Shown: piece by piece, positions 53,311-57,405 of the stretch
How the letters are laid out: each line of letters begins with the position of its first letter
How positions within the stretch are numbered: position 1 is the first letter of the stretch
Source of the DNA: a virus
Taxonomy: Duplodnaviria > Caudoviricetes
Virus record (IMG/VR): IMGVR_UViG_3300044609_000868
Span: 1-57,405 of that record
Length of the DNA: 57,405 nt
Reading direction: 5' to 3' (one strand)
Made by a program: the position numbers and the translations under genes
Notes under the pieces: model-generated
The model's database searches: none
What the model was told of the DNA's origin: nothing
The model's input: only the letters and a program-made list of their open reading frames with translations

Positions 53311-54921
53311 ATGGCCAAGACCCGCACGATCGTTGCCATCGATCCCGCAACGGGCGCCCGCGTCACCCGTCGCACCGCGCGCACCTATTACGCGGCCATC
53401 GTTTGCACCCTGAGCAGCGGAGCCCCATACGCATATGCGTGGGCGGGCCGCGCTGATCTCGCCGCCGCTCAGCTGGCTAAATATCAGCGCTGCTGCCCTG
53501 ATGGTGGCGCCCGGCTTGCCCTCGTGACTGAGGATCCCTGGGCTGAGGCCCCGGCCGCCGCCGCTGTGGCGGCTGAGCCTGAGGCTGCCCCGGTCGCGGT
53601 TGCTGAGCCTGAGGCCGCACCGGTTAACGGCTGCCGCCTGGCTGGCGATGCTCGCCACCTGTTTGCCCTGTTCGCCCGCCGCTACAGCCTGACGACTCCC
53701 CAGTGCTTTGCCTTGCAATCCGAGGCCCTGGGCTGGGCGCGGCGTGTGGCCCTGTGGTGCAACGGTCAGCCCCTGGCCGGCCCGTTCGGTGCGCTCACCC
53801 CTGGCCTGGCCCGCAGGGGTGTGATCACGCTGCAGGGCGCCCGCCGTTCCTGGGCGCCTGATGCCTTGGCTGAGCTTTGGGCGGTTGCTCAGGCTCAGGC
53901 CGCGGCCGAGGGGTTGCGCCCCCTGGCTGCCGTTGCTGAGGCTTGCCCCTCGTCTGCTCTGCCGGTTGAGGCTGAGCTGAGCCCCGCTGTGGTTGCTGAG
54001 CCTGAGGCTGTGGCTCAGCTGGGGTTCGCCACCCTCAACCCTGAAACCGAAAGCTGGGCGGAGGATCTGCCGGCAGACTGCTACCCGCCCGCCCGCTCCC
54101 GGCCCGCGCTGCCGGTTGAGGCCCGCCCAGCCGCCACACCTGAACCCCTCGCCCAGGTGGAGATTGACCCTTACAAGCGGGGCCACTGGCAGCGAACAGC
54201 GATCGGTCCCGACCCTGTGGCGGTTGCTGAGCGCAGGGCAGCCAGGTGGGCTGAGCGCAACCCTGAGCACTCCTACCGGGTGGTGGCGGTGCCTGCCCGC
54301 CCGGTGCTGCAGGGTGAGACTGAGCCCCCGGCCTCGGTTGCGCAGGATGGCCCGGCCCCTGAGCTGCCCCGCCTGCGCGCTGATGCCGCAGCCGGCCGGC
54401 CTGTCAGCCTCACCGCCCTTGCCCGCGCCTTGGCTGCCGACCTGGCCACACCAGCGCCCACCCCTGACGGCCTGCGCGCAAGGGCAGCGGTGCGGGGTGC
54501 CGAGGCTGAGCGGGTGGCCGGTGCTGAGCCATCCCGCGCCCAGGCTGCCGCTGATCAGGCCAGCACTCTGACCGCATGGGCTGACAGCCTGAGCCCCTCG
54601 CCCACGGGCGACGCCTGGGCGGGGCAACCGTGGGACCCTGGCACCCCTGACGCCCGCGCGCGGGTAGCGCTGCAGGGTGAGCGTGTGGCGACCCTGTGGC
54701 CGATTGCGCAGGCTGCCAGGGGCGCTGGGTTTGATCTGCCACCCGTGTGGTGGGCGGATGGCCCGATCCTGGCCGGTGAGCGAACCTATGGGGAGGCCCT
54801 GGCTGCTCTGCCCCTGGGCGCAATTGCGGCAGCCGCTGCCGCCCTGGCTGCCCTGCCGCCCGTCACGACTGCGCAGGATCGCGCGCTCAGGCTGTGCCGG
54901 GGCGACCTGGCCGCAGTGTGA
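53311..54921 (+). CDS. Large Ala/Pro/Glu-rich hypothetical early protein
   Basis: 536 aa ORF with repeated (V)AEPEA linkers; leader GTTACCTGCCATG resembles that of the next gene. Confidence 0.7.
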   Translation: MAKTRTIVAIDPATGARVTRRTARTYYAAIVCTLSSGAPYAYAWAGRADLAAAQLAKYQRCCPDGGARLALVTEDPWAEAPAAAAVAAEPEAAPVAVAEPEAAPVNGCRLAGDARHLFALFARRYSLTTPQCFALQSEALGWARRVALWCNGQPLAGPFGALTPGLARRGVITLQGARRSWAPDALAELWAVAQAQAAAEGLRPLAAVAEACPSSALPVEAELSPAVVAEPEAVAQLGFATLNPETESWAEDLPADCYPPARSRPALPVEARPAATPEPLAQVEIDPYKRGHWQRTAIGPDPVAVAERRAARWAERNPEHSYRVVAVPARPVLQGETEPPASVAQDGPAPELPRLRADAAAGRPVSLTALARALAADLATPAPTPDGLRARAAVRGAEAERVAGAEPSRAQAAADQASTLTAWADSLSPSPTGDAWAGQPWDPGTPDARARVALQGERVATLWPIAQAARGAGFDLPPVWWADGPILAGERTYGEALAALPLGAIAAAAAALAALPPVTTAQDRALRLCRGDLAAV

Positions 54922-55033
54922 CAATCCAGAATCCGCCCACTAGCTAAGAGATCCTGCGCCCACCCGGCCCGATATTTGGTGGGCGCCCGGCGGTGGGCGC
55001 GCTTTACCTGCTACCCGTTACCTGTTGCCTGCC

Positions 55034-55213
55034 ATGCCTACCCGCCTTCTCAACCGTTCCGCTGCCGCCGCGCTTGCCGCCGGCCTGGCCTTCGGTTCCT
55101 GTGCCCTGACCGTGGTGTTCTGTGCTGGCGTTAACCGCGCGCTCGCCCTACAGGCTTGCCGTGACGAGGCCGCGCTAGCCCGTATCCCGGCTGATCACTG
55201 CACCCTGCGCTGA
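55034..55213 (+). CDS. Small membrane/secreted protein
   Basis: Hydrophobic helix 'AAAALAAGLAFGSCALTVVF'. Confidence 0.5.
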   Translation: MPTRLLNRSAAAALAAGLAFGSCALTVVFCAGVNRALALQACRDEAALARIPADHCTLR

Positions 55214-55243
55214 TCGCCATTCCCGTCCTATCGCACCCTTGAA

Positions 55244-55474
55244 ATGACCCGCAACACCCCAAACCAGCTGCACGCCGCCGCTGAGCGTGCCAGCCGCGCG
55301 CTGTTCGGCGCTGATCGCCCGGGTGAACTGTTTTGCCAGCGCTCAGCTACTGGCTGGCACGTTTTCCGTCAGTTCGGCGCCGGCGCTCAGTCTTTGGGCG
55401 AATGCCTGACGCCGGGCGAATGCCGCGCCATGTTGCGCGGTCTTGAGATCGGCGCCGACCTGGCGCGGCCGTGA
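55244..55474 (+). CDS. Hypothetical protein
   Basis: ATG after a pyrimidine-rich leader. Confidence 0.6.
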   Translation: MTRNTPNQLHAAAERASRALFGADRPGELFCQRSATGWHVFRQFGAGAQSLGECLTPGECRAMLRGLEIGADLARP

Positions 55475-55660
55475 CCCGGCCCGATCCGGCGCCATTGCGT
55501 CGCGTAGCCGGCGGCTGGGTTGCCGCATCCGATCCGGCCATGGCTGCCATGCTGGCGGCCGTGCTGGCACGGTATGCGGCCGCGGCCGGCCGCCATGCCC
55601 CATCAGGCGACCGCTGGACAATCAGCGATCGCCACTAGCTCACCTATTGCACTTAGTCCT

Positions 55661-56221
55661 ATGTCTTTACCTCTTTGCCGCGTCGCCACCAACGCAGGCG
55701 ACGCTATGGCGCCGGCCCATTGGGTTGGCCAGCATGTTGCCGTCACTCCGCCGTGTGATCAGGCACGGCGCTTCCCTGTTGTTCGCGGCCAATGGGTGAT
55801 CACCCATAAAGGCTGCGGTCTGCAGGCTGCCACGTTGCTTTGCAGCAAGCGGCAAGCCGTGGCCATCGCCCGGGAGTGGGATCAGCGGATTGGGCTGATC
55901 GATCCCGCGGACGCCCGTTCCTGGCCATGGTGCGAGCAATGGGGCGCCTTAGTGGCGTCGATCAATCGCCCGTGGCAGGCCGCCGCAGAACCCGCCGCCG
56001 ATTCCGCCGATACGGCCGGCGAACTAGCGGCCCGGGCCGGCCTGCCGATTGATCAGGCCGGCGGCGTTCTCCGGATCTGGTGGCGCGGCAAATTCTGGCC
56101 GGCGCCATCCGATGTGGAGCTCGATCTCTGGACCCTGGATTCTGTGGCTGAAACGCCGGACGGCCGAACTGTTGAGCCGGACGCGCCAGATTCTTGGCTG
56201 CGGATTCTCCGCCTGATCTGA
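55661..56221 (+). CDS. Hypothetical protein
   Basis: 'WVITH..CG', C-terminal 'WTLDSVAETPDGRTVEPDAPDSWL'. Confidence 0.65.
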   Translation: MSLPLCRVATNAGDAMAPAHWVGQHVAVTPPCDQARRFPVVRGQWVITHKGCGLQAATLLCSKRQAVAIAREWDQRIGLIDPADARSWPWCEQWGALVASINRPWQAAAEPAADSADTAGELAARAGLPIDQAGGVLRIWWRGKFWPAPSDVELDLWTLDSVAETPDGRTVEPDAPDSWLRILRLI

Positions 56222-56250
56222 TCCCATCTCACACCATCGCACTCTTACCA

Positions 56251-57315
56251 ATGCCCGCACTGATTCGCTCCAATGCCCGCGTCGCCCTGCCGTCTGACGT
56301 GGCTGCTCACCTATGCCGGTTCGGCCTGACGCTGGCGGACGTGTTGACCGATAACAATCCGAAGCTTGGCAAGGGTGCCACGATCGCCCGGGCCGTGATT
56401 CATCACGGCTTGCCGGGCCGTGCCTTGGCTGCCGCGATCAATCCCGCTAATCAGGCGACCGTGGCGCCACGTGGCCACCTAGCGGCCTTGGCAGCCTTGG
56501 CTGAGCGAGAAGGCATGGCAGCCACGGCCCGCGCCTTTAATGCTTGCCCCTGGGCCACGGATGGCTGTTCTTCCGCGTGCCTTGCCTGGGCTGGCCACGG
56601 CGGATTGTCGCCAGCCGTGGCAGCCGCACGCGGTCGACGGACGCTAGCCATGATCGCGGACCCCGCTCTGTACGGTCGAGCGATCCTATGGGCCATCGCC
56701 CGCCAATGGGTGCGCGCGCAAGCCGACGGCCTGCCGCTGGCTGTTCGCTTGCGCGGCACTGATGACCAGCCTTGGCACGTCCGCCGCCTGACGGTCAGTC
56801 TCCCGGAAGCCATCGCGATCCGGCGCCGGTTCGGTCTGCTGATCAGTAATGGCGAGGGGCAGACTCTGGCCGAACTGCTGGCGCCCGCCACGGCTGACGT
56901 GTCAGTGCAGTTGTACGAATACAGCAAAGCACCGGTCGACGGCCCGCTAGGGCTAATCGCTCAGCGCGATGCCGGATGGGACGTAACCGCCAGCCTGGCA
57001 GGCGACCGATCTACGGCCGCGGCAGACGCCATCGCTGCTGTTCGCGCAGGCTTCCGGCTGGCCGTTCCGGTCGATCTGCCCAAAGGCGCACCGATCCCGG
57101 GCCGTGTGCTGATCAGCCATGGCGGGCAGACGCTGCCCCTACCCACGGTTGATGGCGACACCACCGATCACCGATGGCAGGATCCCTCGGCCGTGGCCGT
57201 GATTCTGCGCGGCAAGCGGTCCCGCGGTGCTAATCCGAATCTGGCGGGCTTCATCCTGCCGAATGCTCCGCTGATCCGATTGGCCGATGGCATTGTGCAA
57301 TTGCTGCCGACATAA
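56251..57315 (+). CDS. Gp88-like protein with Cys triad
   Basis: 'NPKL.K', 'CPWATDGCSSACL...G.G', 'RLRGTDD', 'YEYSK', 'VDGDTTDHRW.DP', 'LRGK'. Confidence 0.7.
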   Translation: MPALIRSNARVALPSDVAAHLCRFGLTLADVLTDNNPKLGKGATIARAVIHHGLPGRALAAAINPANQATVAPRGHLAALAALAEREGMAATARAFNACPWATDGCSSACLAWAGHGGLSPAVAAARGRRTLAMIADPALYGRAILWAIARQWVRAQADGLPLAVRLRGTDDQPWHVRRLTVSLPEAIAIRRRFGLLISNGEGQTLAELLAPATADVSVQLYEYSKAPVDGPLGLIAQRDAGWDVTASLAGDRSTAAADAIAAVRAGFRLAVPVDLPKGAPIPGRVLISHGGQTLPLPTVDGDTTDHRWQDPSAVAVILRGKRSRGANPNLAGFILPNAPLIRLADGIVQLLPT

Positions 57316-57337
57316 TCGGCGGCAGATAAAGAGAATC

Positions 57338-57361
57338 GGCGGCCAATCGGCCGCCTTTTTT
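57338..57361 (+). terminator. Rho-independent terminator
   Basis: GGCGGCC-AATC-GGCCGCC hairpin followed by TTTTTT. Confidence 0.85.
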
Positions 57362-57381
57362 ATTGCTCGCACGATCAAATC

Positions 57382-57405
57382 ATGGCGGGCTTTCATGTGT
57401 TCTAG
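57382..57405. repeat. Right copy of 24-bp imperfect terminal direct repeat
   Basis: ATGGCGGGCTTTCATGTGTTCTAG versus positions 1-24. Confidence 0.9.

Noticed and set aside
53302-54924. 540-aa minus-strand ORF mirroring the Ala-rich gene
   Set aside because: Antisense shadow of an A-poor, low-complexity sense ORF; neighbouring genes and leader motifs favour the plus strand.
1-57405. Photosystem genes (psbA, hli), sigma factor, DNA polymerase, methyltransferases
   Set aside because: No matching motifs found in any translated ORF.

Overview
The window reads as an essentially complete ~57.4 kb temperate siphovirus genome. Its ends share a 24-bp near-identical repeat. The gene order is lambda-like: cos-like site, terminase small and large (GpA type) subunits, gpW-like protein, portal, a fused protease-capsid ORF, neck and tail genes with a -1 frameshifted chaperone, tape measure, tail tip and two fibre/receptor-binding proteins. 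Lysis genes (GH24 lysozyme-C39 fusion), dcd-HNH-thyX and a tyrosine integrase with an attP carrying the 3' half of tRNA-Thr(UGU) follow. Next comes a long leftward array of small genes (dNMP kinase, RNAP alpha-CTD-like protein, SSB, Xis-like protein, RecT/RecE-like pair), a rightward replication module (SF2 helicase, VRR-NUC, primase-helicase, iteron-rich origin) and a right-end early region. The small-gene families resemble those of picocyanobacterial (Synechococcus/Cyanobium) siphoviruses; the host is an inference. The most notable observations are: (1) five tandem cyanobacterial LexA-box-like sites before the early region in a phage with an integrase but no recognisable CI repressor; (2) a GH130/GT91-like beta-propeller glyco-enzyme fused to the small module that usually follows the capsid gene; (3) an NblA-like gene on the opposite strand inside the leftward operon; (4) a circularly permuted M23 peptidase in the tape measure protein; (5) a receptor-binding gene built of alternating conserved GC-rich and variable AT-rich blocks. 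All family assignments come from motif recognition by eye, not database searches.
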